From the NCBI RefSeq assembly GCF_006345805.1, contig NC_043005.1, positions 109,058,001 through 109,122,000 on the forward strand: a DNA stretch of 64,000 bases, given 5' to 3'. Position numbers and translations under genes: made by a program. This stretch comes from Octopus sinensis (taxonomy: Eukaryota). Under the pieces are notes generated by a model. It made no database searches. It was not told the DNA's origin and saw only the letters and a list, made by a program, of their open reading frames with translations. Below, one piece after another: positions 36,812-49,413 of this stretch (position 1 is the stretch's first letter; each line of letters begins with the position of its first letter).

Positions 36812-37449
36812 GCTTTTAGCATTCAGATTTCTCTGTCAAATGTAATGCTTATATATTCACATTGTTTTGATTTAATCATGTATTATCGTAAGAGTGGCTG
36901 AGTAGTAAGTAGCTTGCTTACGAACCACATGGTTCTGGGTTCAGTCCCACTGCATGGCACCTTGGGAAAGTGTCTTCTACTATAGCCTCAGGCTAACCAA
37001 AACCTTGTGAGTGGATTTGGTAGACGGAAACTGAAAGAAGCTCGTCGTATATATGTATATATATAAATATGCATGTGTGTGTATATGTTTGTGTGTCTGT
37101 GTTTGTCCCACCAACATCGCTTGACAACCGATGCTGGTGTGTTTACGTCCCCATAACTTAGCAGTTCGGCAAAAGAGATCAATATTATAAGTACTAGGCT
37201 TACAAAGAATAAGTCCTGGGGTCGATTTGCATGACTAAAGGCGGTGCTCCAGCATGGCCACACTCACATGACTGAGGCAAGTAAAAGAGCAAAAGAGTAA
37301 AAGAGTATCTTGTAGCTTTGAGATTTCAATAATGTGTTTATTTTTAGAAAGACATTGAAGGGTAGGTGGGAGAGGCTAGAGCTGGTCACTTTGAACATGA
37401 AATAGGTAGAATATTTGGGCCAAATTTGGCCAGTTTAAATGCTAAAGGG
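36812..37449. mobile_element. piggyBac-type MITE family 2 interrupted by SINE A (36888-37307, +)
   Basis: TTAA|GCTTTTAGCATTCAGA ... TTTAAATGCTAAAGGG|TTAA; SINE inside. Confidence 0.75.
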
Positions 37450-37706
37450 TTAAATAGGAACAAAGTCTTTAGGTCATCAAAAACAATTAAAATTTTGATC
37501 AAAGTTTGAGACATGATTTTCAAAATGTTTTGATTTGTTCTATCACCATTTCTGCACAATAACATAAGCAACAACACTAGCAAGAGTGAGGCCTCTGTAT
37601 AGTCACTCAGCCTGTTATAAATAGCAACCAAATCACACTCAAATCCCAATCAGCTGAAATGAAAATAATAGTAAGGACACCGTAAATACTAAAGTTCTAG
37701 ATACTA

Positions 37707-38205
37707 CGAGGGTAAGTCAAAAAGTAATACCATTTTGTTTAGGACAGGTATAATTACCAACACAGGAACATGTATCATACATCAAAATGAAGCTGGTCCT
37801 CTGTGGACCACATCCCTACTTCTCAACATAGTCACCGTTTCTCTCAATAGCAATGTTCCACCTTCAAATGAGAGCCCCATAAAATTCTGTTGACTGTTCT
37901 TTGAGCCACTTCTTCTCTACCTCCACACTCATCAAATTTAGCGCCTTCAAACTATCATCTCTTTGGCCCCATGAAAACTGCAGTGAAGAAGTGGCTCAAA
38001 GAACAGTCAACAGAATTTTACGGGGCAGGGGTAGATGCTCTCATTTGAAGGTGGAACATTGCTATTGAGAGAAACGGTGACTATGTTGAGAAGTAGGGAT
38101 GGGATTCACAGAGGACCAGCTTCATTTTGACGTATGATACATGCTCCTGTGTTGGTAATTATACTTGTCCTAAAAAAAATGGCATTACTTTTTTACTCAC
38201 TTTTG
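37707..38205. mobile_element. Foldback MITE made from a mirrored mariner transposase 3' end
   Basis: TA flanks; arms about 37707-37917 and 37983-38205; spacer plus right arm encode PPHSSNLAPSNYHLFGPMKTAVKKWLKEQSTEFYGAGVDALI*RWNIAIERNGDYVEK*. Confidence 0.88.
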
Positions 38206-38984
38206 TAATATAAAGATAGGATGGAATACCTTTAATTATGTATTTGTTTTGATCAGGTTTGACCTGGGATGGAATTAGACAAAGACATAAACAGCAAAAC
38301 CAACAGAAGCAAACTTCTTTTGCAGTTTATTTTATGCTTATGTCATTACATTCTTACATCTTTAGTTGCTGTGAAAATCAATAGAAAAGACACACATGTA
38401 CACACACTTAAAGTATACACACACACACACATGAAAATACGTATGCACACACGTGTGGAAATAAACACACACTTTTACAGAAATGCACACACACTCACAC
38501 ATTAGAAACGCTTACAAATACACACCCTAACAAAAGGCAACGATGCTTAATCTCACATATGTGAACAAACACAAAATCATATACACACACATATAGCCAT
38601 ATAAATGATTGCATACATCTACATGCATTCAAGTATGCACACGAACATGCACAAATTTCATTTCAAACATTATTTGTTCTTTAAATATATCAGAGAACAG
38701 AAATAGTTTGAAAATGGTAAATGCTGAAAAAAAGATAACAACCAGCAAAACCATTTTTTAAGAAACATATTTTTCCGTAATAGGCACACATAAGGATGAA
38801 AATACATTCATATGTATATATGAGTGTGTATGCATATGTAAGTATATATGTATGTGTATCTGTGTATGTGTGTATACGTATGTTTATACACATATATCAT
38901 ATATAAATATATATATTTATATAAGTACATATATACATATCTTTATATAAGTGTGTGTGTATTGTGATATATGCATGTATGTAT

Positions 38985-39037
38985 GGATGGATGGATGGAT
39001 GGAGTGATAGAGATATATAAATAGACAGACAGACAGC

Positions 39038-39120
<83 letters not shown>

Positions 39121-39132
39121 CAGATAGATAAA
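38985..39132. repeat. (GATG)n / (GATA)n arrays
   Basis: Direct reading. Confidence 0.95.
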
Positions 39133-39277
39133 TAACTCATGCTTAATGGATTTTGAGATTAAAAAGTCTTCTTGTCCTGCAGGGATATAAACAAAACCAT
39201 TTATATACATATCATCATCATCATCATAATCATGATAATACATATATATATATATTTATATATATATAATATATATA

Positions 39278-39311
<34 letters not shown>

Positions 39312-41819
39312 CTTTGTGTGTGTGTATATGTATCTATGTATATATGTATGAACATAAAACTACATATGTATTTGTGCATATATACCCGATTGTATACTAA
39401 TTTATTTCAGGACAACATACATTGTTTTACTTCAATATGTATACACAAGATACGTACACAGAATCATAGAAACATGCACACACACACACACACACTCACA
39501 CACACACACACACACATGTATGTAAGCATATATGTAAACAATAATGAATAAATTTGTATGTCTACATATGAAGATACGTGTGTGCATGTGCGTATGTGTG
39601 TGTGTCTGTGCAGGTGCTAAGAACCATTCATTTTGCTTGTGAAATCATTTGCTCCCTCATCCTCATCATGATTTAACATCCATGTCCCATGTTGGCATCA
39701 GTCAGGGAGCTTGACATGATCCAAATGGTCAAAGGACTAAATTGGTGTTCAAGTGTCTGCATTGGCATGGTTCCAGCATCTGGAGGCACCCACTTGTACT
39801 TGCAGTGTCATTTACCTGAGGTGGATTGAGCTGGATCTGAGCAACATGTTCCCAACGTCCTTCATGAATGCTGACCACATTCAATGTCCAGCTTGAAAAT
39901 TTAACAAATGTCCAACTGGGAGAGCAGCCATGTCAGGTAGTACAAATGCAACAGCCGTAGTCGTCATTTGCTGTTGAGGTGTAGAGTTCGTGTTTGGAGT
40001 TTTAGTAGGAACACAAGTTCACATGTGGTCTCAAGTCACATGAATGTACACTTTGAGATAGTGTGATCCTAAGCAGCTAAACTTGCCATCAATTATCGAC
40101 CATCATGGAGGATTTGCTGACTAAGTCACCACCATTTAATGGAGTAGATGTAGCCTGGATATGAAGTAGTTTCTAGAGTCCTGCTTTAACAGAAGCTAAG
40201 AGTTACCTCACTCCCAGTGGTCCTCCAGCATACTGGACACCAACCTAGAATTTCTGAAGGCCTCTGTTATACCTTAGTTAGTTGTTGAACCTACACTAGG
40301 TTCACCTGTCCTTTTTTTCAGTTCTGCTGGGTTTCTATGATGAAGCAATCTTAGTGGGTCAGTTTTGTCGCTGATGATCTGACCATGCAACCGATTGTAT
40401 TGTATTCAAGGTTACTACAGCACTCTTGAGAGACATCACAAGTAACCTAACATCTTACATCTTACATATTGCCAACTGCTTTATAGCATGTACAGAGTGT
40501 TGTTTTTTTCTCTCCCACGAACACTAATGAACTTACCATGCAGCTAGCAACACTCCAAACTCCAAGAAAGAATAGCAGTTCCTGCTTGGAGATGAGTGGC
40601 TAAAGTATGAGAGAAGTGGGGGAACAGCAGGTTTCTTGTAGAGGAGCTACAGGGTTCTTCACTTTCATAAGAGAATGTAACTCCTCAATGTAACTCTTCT
40701 CCATTTGCTCAGCTTTCAAACTTATACTTATGTATATATAAATATGTGATGGACTCTCCCATCGAGGACAATGAATAAGTGGTCAGCTTATGTGACCACA
40801 AGTAATTTGTCTATAGTGATCAAGGGTTCATACTATACATCAGCTCACTCCCTGCATCAAATCAAACTTGCATGGTGTACCATGTGTCAGGTGTCGAAGT
40901 GATTGGTGAGCAATGTGAGATGAAATGCTTTGCTCAAGAACACAACACACCACCCAGTCTAGGAATTGAAACCACGATCTAATGAACATGAGTGCAACAC
41001 CCTAACCACCAGTCCATGCATCCTCACATATAAATATATAAATATATGTGTAGAGTGTTTGAGCGAAATTTGTCTAAATATATGTGTGTGTGTGTGTACA
41101 CTTATACACATACACACATAAATATTAATGCATGCATGCATTTGTGTCTGTGTATCCATCCATCCATCATCATTATTTAATGTCTGTTTTCCATGCTGGC
41201 ATGGGTTGGATCGTTCAAAAGGAACTGGAAAGTCAGAATACTGTACCAAATCCTAGCTTTGGTATAGTTTCTATGGCTGGACGATTCTCCTAACACCAAC
41301 TATTTACAGAGTGTACTGGATGCTTTTTATGTGATACCAGTATCAGCAAAGTTCACAAGTAACTTTAAAGACAAGCCCCCTAACCTGAACAGTGTTGAGG
41401 ACAGTAAAAAAAGGGAGTCTTGCATCCATCATGTACAAAATAGGAAAACATTACAATTAAGAGATACACAGAGTATGATGTTGATTGACTCTGTTTCTAT
41501 CGAGGCAAAAGAGTAGTTCTGATGCACCAACCAAGGCCGAAGACCATTGATTAGCTTATAATTCCAATTCAATCAAACATTCAGTGTAGGTAAAAGCTGG
41601 GATCCAGCAAGGAGGACATTGCAGGATAATCCTTACAGTTCCCATTTGAGGTTTTTCAAGTCAATCTTTCTGATATAAACTTAGCATTTCAGGCTGTTGA
41701 GGCTATACACAGTGTAAAACAAGGTGTAAAATATCTGTAGAAGCAAATCTCTATAACGTTCTTTCTTTCTCTTCTCCCCCCTCCTTCTGTCCGTCTCTAC
41801 ACACAGATGCGCACACATA

Positions 41820-41865
41820 TATGATACAGGTATACATACGGACACATATATATATATATATGCAC

Positions 41866-41906
<41 letters not shown>

Positions 41907-41925
41907 TATATATATTACATACATT

Positions 41926-41961
<36 letters not shown>

Positions 41962-41968
41962 TATATAT

Positions 41969-42005
<37 letters not shown>

Positions 42006-42101
42006 ACATACATATATATGTGCGTATGTATATAAATATATATATCTATAAATATATATATATATATAAATATATATACATATACATGATGATGATGATG
42101 A

Positions 42102-42152
<51 letters not shown>

Positions 42153-42585
42153 TATACATATATATATATACACTCATATATATGTATATATGCATTCTTT
42201 ATGTTTATCTATGATGAATGAATACAGACATACACACGTATATAATTAGTACCTGATATATGTAATGCATCTTATTTATTCATTCAAAACTGATTATTCT
42301 CTCAGGAGCTATTTCATGTTTCCTATACTCATATATATATATTGATCAGAGCAGATTAAAGGATGAGCTGCCTCAGTGTTCCTTTCACATGGGTTTATTA
42401 TTATATATTATATCGTATTCGTTACTATTTACCTGTGTATATATTCCCATTTATTTCACTGCATTTCGTGCAAGAGATGGGCTAATGATATTTGCATGTA
42501 ACCTGTTACGTAGCTTTACTTTCCTTGATATTATATTACATATACAGGCTGTTCACTCTTTCTGCACCTGATATTATCTCGTATA

Positions 42586-42627
<42 letters not shown>

Positions 42628-42683
42628 ATATATATATGTATGTATATGTATATTTGTATATATATATATTAATATATATATAT

Positions 42684-42722
<39 letters not shown>

Positions 42723-42753
42723 TATACATTATATATATATACACTCATATGTG

Positions 42754-42785
<32 letters not shown>

Positions 42786-42805
42786 TATACATATATACAT
42801 ATATA

Positions 42806-42852
<47 letters not shown>

Positions 42853-42887
42853 ATATGTACATATATATATATATATACGTATATACC

Positions 42888-42922
<35 letters not shown>

Positions 42923-43015
42923 ATATGTACATATATATATATACGTATATACCTATATATATATATATATGTGTGTGTGTGTATATGTACATATATATAT
43001 ATATATACGTATATA

Positions 43016-43060
<45 letters not shown>

Positions 43061-43080
43061 TATATTATATATATATGCAT
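41820..43080. repeat. Two large compound (TA)n fields (41820-42200 and 42590-43080)
   Basis: Direct reading. Confidence 0.9.
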
Positions 43081-43223
43081 GTATTGTGAATATGCATGTT
43101 AGATAATTTCTTTAGTACCAGTTTCTTTCTGTCACACTATTTTTCTCCATATTTTCAATCTTTGTGTTGTAACACTATCATCAATGTTTGGAAACAGCAA
43201 TTTTTTTCTTTGCGTGCGCGCGT

Positions 43224-43259
<36 letters not shown>

Positions 43260-43667
43260 CTGTGTGTCTGTGTCTGTGTGTGTCTGTGTGATAGTGTGAT
43301 ATGCATGCAATATGTTCAGCTATAATTCTTCACATATAATTCTTTATTGGTTTCTCCAATGACCATATATGGTACTTATCTGTTATACGAAGTAAATTCA
43401 CAGAATACTTACATTAAATTCACCCTACAAAAATTCTCTTTTACACTCTTGACCAAATAATGTTACAGTTGTTCTTGTTGTTTTTTTCTGATTTGCAATG
43501 TTATTAAACATAATATATTATTTACCACTAGCTTAAAAGTTATAGGTATGTATGCACGTATGTGTGTATCTCTGTATGCATGTATGCTCATATAAATGTA
43601 TGTATATGCATGTTTGTATGTAGATGTATATATCTATGTGTATATATCTGAATATATATATATATAC

Positions 43668-43700
<33 letters not shown>

Positions 43701-43738
43701 TATATATGTATATATATATTTACTTATATACATATATG

Positions 43739-43770
<32 letters not shown>

Positions 43771-43964
43771 TATATGTATACACATATATACACACGCACA
43801 CACACACACATATATATATATATATAGATAGATAGATAGATATGCATATATATAAACATGTAGAATGTATATACATACATTTTTATATGTATGTGTGTGT
43901 GTGTATGTGTGTATGTATATTTGTGTGTATGTGTGTGTGTGTATGTGTGTATGTATATTTGTAC

Positions 43965-43999
<35 letters not shown>

Positions 44000-44409
44000 T
44001 ATATTAAATTATATATATATATATATGTACATACCAATGTGCATTTGCGTGTGTGTGTATATATATGTGTGTGCATATATACAGGTATGTATGTATGTAT
44101 ATACCCTTTGTAGTTTAATCTTTTTTTTTTTGTTAAGAAATCTGTTCTTACATGTTTTTCTTATCACATGTCAATTAGTATTGCAAGCAAAATACTTAAT
44201 TAATGATCTGCTAAGGCAAATAAGATTGAATACATGTATTTGTTTTATTTACTGCAATTGTAAATAAGATTGTTTTTTCTGTTTAGTCTTAATTATTTTA
44301 ACTTTCCTGATTTTCTGATGTTATTGGATTTTACCGGAAAGCTACACATCACCATTTGTTGTCATTAACCGCAGGGGCTATTCATTCAAGTCCAATTCAC
44401 ACAGTCCTC

Positions 44410-44770
44410 ATCATCACCCTACCACCACCACCACCACCACCACCACCACTACCACCGTCGTCGTCGTCGTCGTCATCATCACCATGAACACCACCACCAT
44501 CACCATCGTCGTCGTCATCATCATCATCATCATCACCAAAACCACCACCACCACCATCATCATCATCTTTTCACTGCCACCACAACTCCCACCAGTGCTA
44601 CCAACAACACCCCCCCTCTATCAATGCCTCTACAATGATGACTATCACCACCACCACCACCACCATCGTCGCCACCGCCGCCACCACTGTCGCCACCACT
44701 GTCGCCACCACCACTACCGCCACCAGCAACACCACTACCGCCACCAGCAACACCACTCCTATCACTACTA
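44410..44770. repeat. Mosaic (ACC)/(GTC)/(CAT)/(GCC) trinucleotide array
   Basis: Direct reading; includes 12-bp and 21-bp internal tandem duplications. Confidence 0.85.
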
Positions 44771-45275
44771 AATAAAGCATTTTTACGTTTGTTATTTTTT
44801 TCAATTATATATTATAAAATGTTTCTAAGAAATTACTTTCACATCATCATCATCATCATTATCATTAGTAATACCTGTCACTTTGTTTTTTTTAAAACAA
44901 CATCGTCGTCGTCGTCGATGTCATCATCATCAACATCATCATCATCATCAAAAGCATCATTTCAGTACCCTTACATTTCTTGAGTGATTTATTGTTCAGC
45001 TCCGTGTGGGTCTCTACACCTTCAGTTCTTGCAGGATCTTCTTTTTGTTTTGCATTTTCTCTTGTATTCCATGTAATTCGTGTGAGCTGCCTAGTTGTGC
45101 TGTTTTCTGTATGTTGCATATATACATTAGCCATGGGGCTTTCATATTGTTTAATATCTTTCATATTTAATATTTCTAACTAGGAACCCATTATTTCAGA
45201 AGTTTTCGTTTTTTCTTTTCTTTCTACAAATCCAGGATTTTATATTTGAATAGTTTCTCATATGTCTTTTTCAGA

Positions 45276-45694
45276 TACACTTTTACTTGCCTCAGTCATG
45301 TGAGTGTGGCCATGCTGGAGCACCGCCTTTAGTCGAGCAAATTGACCCCAGGACTTATTCTTTGTAAGCCCAGTACTTATTCTATCGGTCTCTTTAGCTG
45401 AACAGCTAAGTTATGCGGACATAAACACACAACCATCGGTTGTCAAGCGATGTTGGTGGGACAAACACAGACACACATATACAAACATATACACACACAT
45501 ACTATGCATACATATATATATACATATACGTATATACAACAGGCTTCTTTCAGTTTCCATCGACCAAATCCACTCACAAGGTTTTGGTCGGCCCGAGGCT
45601 ATAGTAGAAGACACTTACCCAAGGTGCCACACAGTGCGACTAAACCTGGAACCATGTGGTTGGTAAGCAAGCTACTTACCACACAGCCACTCCT
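45276..45694 (-). mobile_element. SINE family A
   Basis: Full-length reverse complement. Confidence 0.9.
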
Positions 45695-45921
45695 TGGACT
45701 GATGCCATGCTCCTCTTGAATCTTTGTAAGTCAATACCTGCAGGAAAGATACGACCTTTAAACAGAGACCAGAGTGATTAGTGATTAGCGATTCCTAATG
45801 ATCTGTGACAATAATATCAATCTAATTAACCTAGATCTCTCAGTGCATTGATTAACATATCCAAAATTGTTGCTTTATTAAGGGTATGTGTATACCACCT
45901 TCTTTTTATTGGTATATCAAA

Positions 45922-46154
45922 CAAGGCGGCGAGCTGGCAGAAACGTTAGCACGCCGGGCAAAATGCTTAGCGGTATTTTGTCTGCGTTACGTTGTGAGTT
46001 CAAATTCCGCCGAGGTCGACTTTGCCTTTCATCCTTTCGGGGTCGATAAATTAAGTACCAGTTACGCACTGGGGTCGATGTAATCGACTTAATACCTATG
46101 TCTGTCCTTGTTTGTCCCCTCTATGTTTAGCCCCTTGTGGGTAATAAAGAAATA
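45922..46154 (+). mobile_element. SINE family C with TSD
   Basis: GGTATATCA at 45911 and 46155. Confidence 0.88.
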
Positions 46155-46261
46155 GGTATATCATGATGCTGACATAAATTCTAAAGTATGAAAAACCCAA
46201 CTCTACCACGTGTTTATTTATTATCCCTTGACCAAGACTGGAAAACCAAAAACAATGTAGT

Positions 46262-46445
46262 TCTATATTTAAGAGATGAGGAATTATGTACATTATTTAC
46301 ATTATTTACATTATTTACATTTGATGGATATTTGACCTCATCTTGTTTGTTGTTAACACAACGTTTCGGCTGATATAACCTCCAGCCTTCTTCTGGTGTC
46401 TTGGGGAAATTTTGAACCTGGGTTCTCATTCCTAAGGTATTTTTT
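46262..46445 (-). mobile_element. Second Penelope-like terminal repeat family with a hammerhead-like fold
   Basis: GACAC-CAGAAGA-A-GGCTG..CAGCC-GAAAC-GTT-GTGTT; inverted partial copy at 47242-47343. Confidence 0.6.
46355..46400 (-). ncRNA. Minimal type I hammerhead ribozyme-like motif (core U4 mutated to A)
   Basis: Stem I GACAC/GUGUU, stem II GGCUG/CAGCC, loopless palindromic stem III AC/GU, GUU cleavage triplet. Confidence 0.55.
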
Positions 46446-46487
46446 AATATTATTATTATCATTATTATTGAGAGAGCATTATTATTA

Positions 46488-47038
46488 AGAGAGCAGTGCA
46501 TGCCATCAAAGTGACACTGGGGTAAAATATACGAAGCTCAGTATACCCATCATGACTACCTGTCTGATAAGGGTACACCAGGCACATGCATCACAACCAT
46601 ATGTGCGCGACATGGTGATCTCATAACAAGGTAAACAGAGCATGACCTTGCAAATGGGGTCCAGTTAGAATTTCTTCAGGTCGAGTAACCCATCCTGCTC
46701 AAAAGGTCCCTGAATAAAGGTTGTTTAAGGATGTTGATCGGAACACCCACGTTTCCAGAGGTGAATTATTCAAACCCCAAAGAATCCCTCTCAACACATG
46801 GCTATGATGCTCCCCCACTACTTCTGCTCGTGATCAGAGATACACATATCGTCAGCCACTGAGGGACATGCTCAACTGGTTAAGGTCAAACAACTGACAA
46901 GCAAATCTGTGGTATTGAGCAGAATATTTGCTGTAGCCCATCTTTTATACCAAGACAAAACAATGTACATGATAACACTTCCAATCAGTTAAGGTCAGAA
47001 GCCATGAGAGCCACTGTCTGGTACTGCATCAGGGCATT
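46488..47038 (-). mobile_element. Complete repeat family G, (AAT)n on both sides
   Basis: About 550 bp, no transposase or RT motif recognised; ATT arrays at 46449-46487 and 47039-47130. Confidence 0.85.
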
Positions 47039-47088
47039 CATTATTATTATTAATATCATCATTATTATCATTGCTATTATTATTATTA

Positions 47089-47128
<40 letters not shown>

Positions 47129-47537
47129 GTAATTGTTATTGTTCAGGTCAGTGCTTGGAATCGAACTTGGAATCTTGGAGTTAGTAGCCCATGCTCTTAA
47201 CCACTACACCATATGCCCATGGGTATATGGCGTAGTGGTTAAGGCTGGAGGGTATATCAGCTGAAACATTGTGTTAACAACCAACAAGATGAGGACAAAT
47301 ATCTGGCAAATGTAAATAATGTAAATAATGTAAATGATGTACAAAATCAATGTAATTATTAGTTTTGTTTCACATTCTACACGTTTTTCATCTACTTCAT
47401 ACAGACTAATTCATTGCATGCTTTTGGTAATTTCTTGACAAGAAAGCTTTGATTCTATGTTGCAATGAAACCAGTTTTTGTCTCTCCTTTGCAAACCTTT
47501 CTCAGACACTGTTTCATTATATTATCACCCACTTTAA

Positions 47538-48345
47538 CCCTTAAGCATTTAAACCATCCACATCCAACAAAAATATTTTACCTGCTTTGTGTGCAAACTA
47601 ACCAAAACTGGCCTCTCACACGTACCCAAAAATGTCTCACCATCATCATCATCATCATCATTTAGCGTCCGCTTTCCATGCTAGCATGGGTTGGATGGTT
47701 CGACCGGGGTCTTGGAAGCCAGAAGGCTGCATCAGGCCCAGTCTGATCTGGCAGTGTTTCTACGGCTGGATGCCCTTCCTAACGCCAACCACTCCGTGAG
47801 TGTAGTGGGTGCTTTTTACGTGCCACCGGCACAGGTACCAGACGGAGCTGGCAAACGGCCATGAACGGATGGTGCTTTTACGTGCCACCAGCACGGGGGC
47901 CAGGCAAGGCTGGCAACAGACACGAGCGGATGGTGCTTTTATGTGCCACCGGCACGGGGGCCAGGCGAGGCTGGCAACGGACATGAACGGATGGTGCTTT
48001 TTACATGCCACCAGCATGAGGCTAGTCGGGGCGGCGCTGGCAACGGTCACGAACGGATGGTTCTCTTACGTGCCACCGGCACTGGTAACTCAGCTGCAAT
48101 TTCCATTGATCGATTTCGATTCTGATCCTCACTTGCCTCAACAGGTCTTCACAAGTCGAGTTTTGTGTCCCAAGAAGGGAAGGTATGCATACGTAGGCTG
48201 GCTCCATCCCATGTAGAAGGCCACGGGTTATGGTCTATTCTAAAAATTAACTACTTGATAGATCTTGAAGCTACAAGATAATTCATGATTAATTTAAAAC
48301 AATGTGACTAAATAAGCATTGCTTTTAACAGAATTATCTGAATGG
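47538..48345. mobile_element. piggyBac-type MITE family 2 interrupted by SINE D (47640-48237, minus)
   Basis: TTAA|CCCTTAAGCATTTAAACC...AATGTC then resumes ATTCTAAAAAT...TCTGAATG. Confidence 0.7.
47817..48085. repeat. ~61-bp GC-rich minisatellite (about 4.4 units) inside SINE D
   Basis: Unit TTACGTGCCACCGGCACGGGGGCCAGGCGAGGCTGGCAACGGACATGAACGGATGGTGCTT. Confidence 0.9.
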
Positions 48346-48352
48346 CATAAGT

Positions 48353-48638
48353 GTAGGAGTGCCTGTGTTGTAAGTAGCTGGCTTACCAACCACATGGTTC
48401 TGGGTTCAGTCCCACTGCATGGCACCTTGGGCAAGTGTCTTCTACTATAGCCTTGGGCTGACCAAAGGCCTTGTGAGTGGATTTGGTAGATGGAAACTGA
48501 AAGAAGCCTGTCGTGCCATGGTAGATCGTTATACTAATACATCTGTTTGTTTTGTACACCACAAGTCTTCGTCTTTTGTTTTTTTTCGTAAACTCTCCCT
48601 ATATATATATATATATAAGGTGTGTGGTGTTGTGTGTG

Positions 48639-48692
<54 letters not shown>

Positions 48693-48908
48693 GTATGTAT
48701 GTGTGTGTGTATATGTTGTGTGTCTGCTGTGTTTGTCCCCCCAACTGATGCTGGTGTGTTTACGTCCCCGTAATTTAGCGGTTCGGCAAAAGAGACTGAT
48801 AGAATAAGTACTAAGCTTACAAAGAATAAGTCCCGGGGTCGATTTGCTCGACTAAAGGTGGTGCTCCAGCATGGCCACAGTCAAATGACAGAAACAAGTA
48901 AAAGAGTA
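48353..48908 (+). mobile_element. SINE family A carrying an internal Penelope-like fragment (48515-48600)
   Basis: Body interrupted after GAAGCCTGTCGT by ...CTAATACATCTGTTTGTT...GTCTTCGTCTTTTG...CCTATATA. Confidence 0.85.
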
Positions 48909-48989
48909 TGCTAAAAGGTTAACCTTGTCAGCTACTTTTTTGCCTTTTTTTTTTTATTTCACTGTTTAAGTATTAATCAAATGTCTCTA

Positions 48990-49149
48990 TGATGTGGCTG
49001 TGTGGTAAGTAGCTTGCTAACCAACCACGTGGTTCCAGGTTCAGTCCCACTGCGTGGCATCTTGGGCAGGTGCCTTCTGCTATAGCCCCAGGCCAACTAA
49101 TGCCTTGTGAGTGGATTTGGTAGACGGAAACTGAAAGAAGCCTGTTGTA

Positions 49150-49204
<55 letters not shown>

Positions 49205-49413
49205 GTGTGTGTGTGTGTATGTGTTTGTGTGTCAGTGTTTGTCCCCCTAGCATTGCTTGATAACCGATACTGGTGTGTTTATGTCCCCGTCACTTAGTGG
49301 TTCGGCAAAAGAGACCGATAGAATAAGTCCTGGGGTTGATTTGCTTGACTAAAGGCGGTGCTCCAGCATGGCCGCAGTCAAGTGACTGAAAGAAGTAAAA
49401 GAGTAAAAGAGTA
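48990..49413 (+). mobile_element. SINE family A
   Basis: Near full-length, small internal deletion. Confidence 0.9.

Noticed and set aside
39800-40400. Possible degraded RTE fragment or minus-strand exon ending at CAG|gtaaat (39816)
   Set aside because: Only loose similarity (RLRLL..LPDM) with many stops; cannot be supported.
47817-48085. CRISPR-like array
   Set aside because: Contiguous tandem units without unique spacers, inside a eukaryotic SINE; no cas genes.
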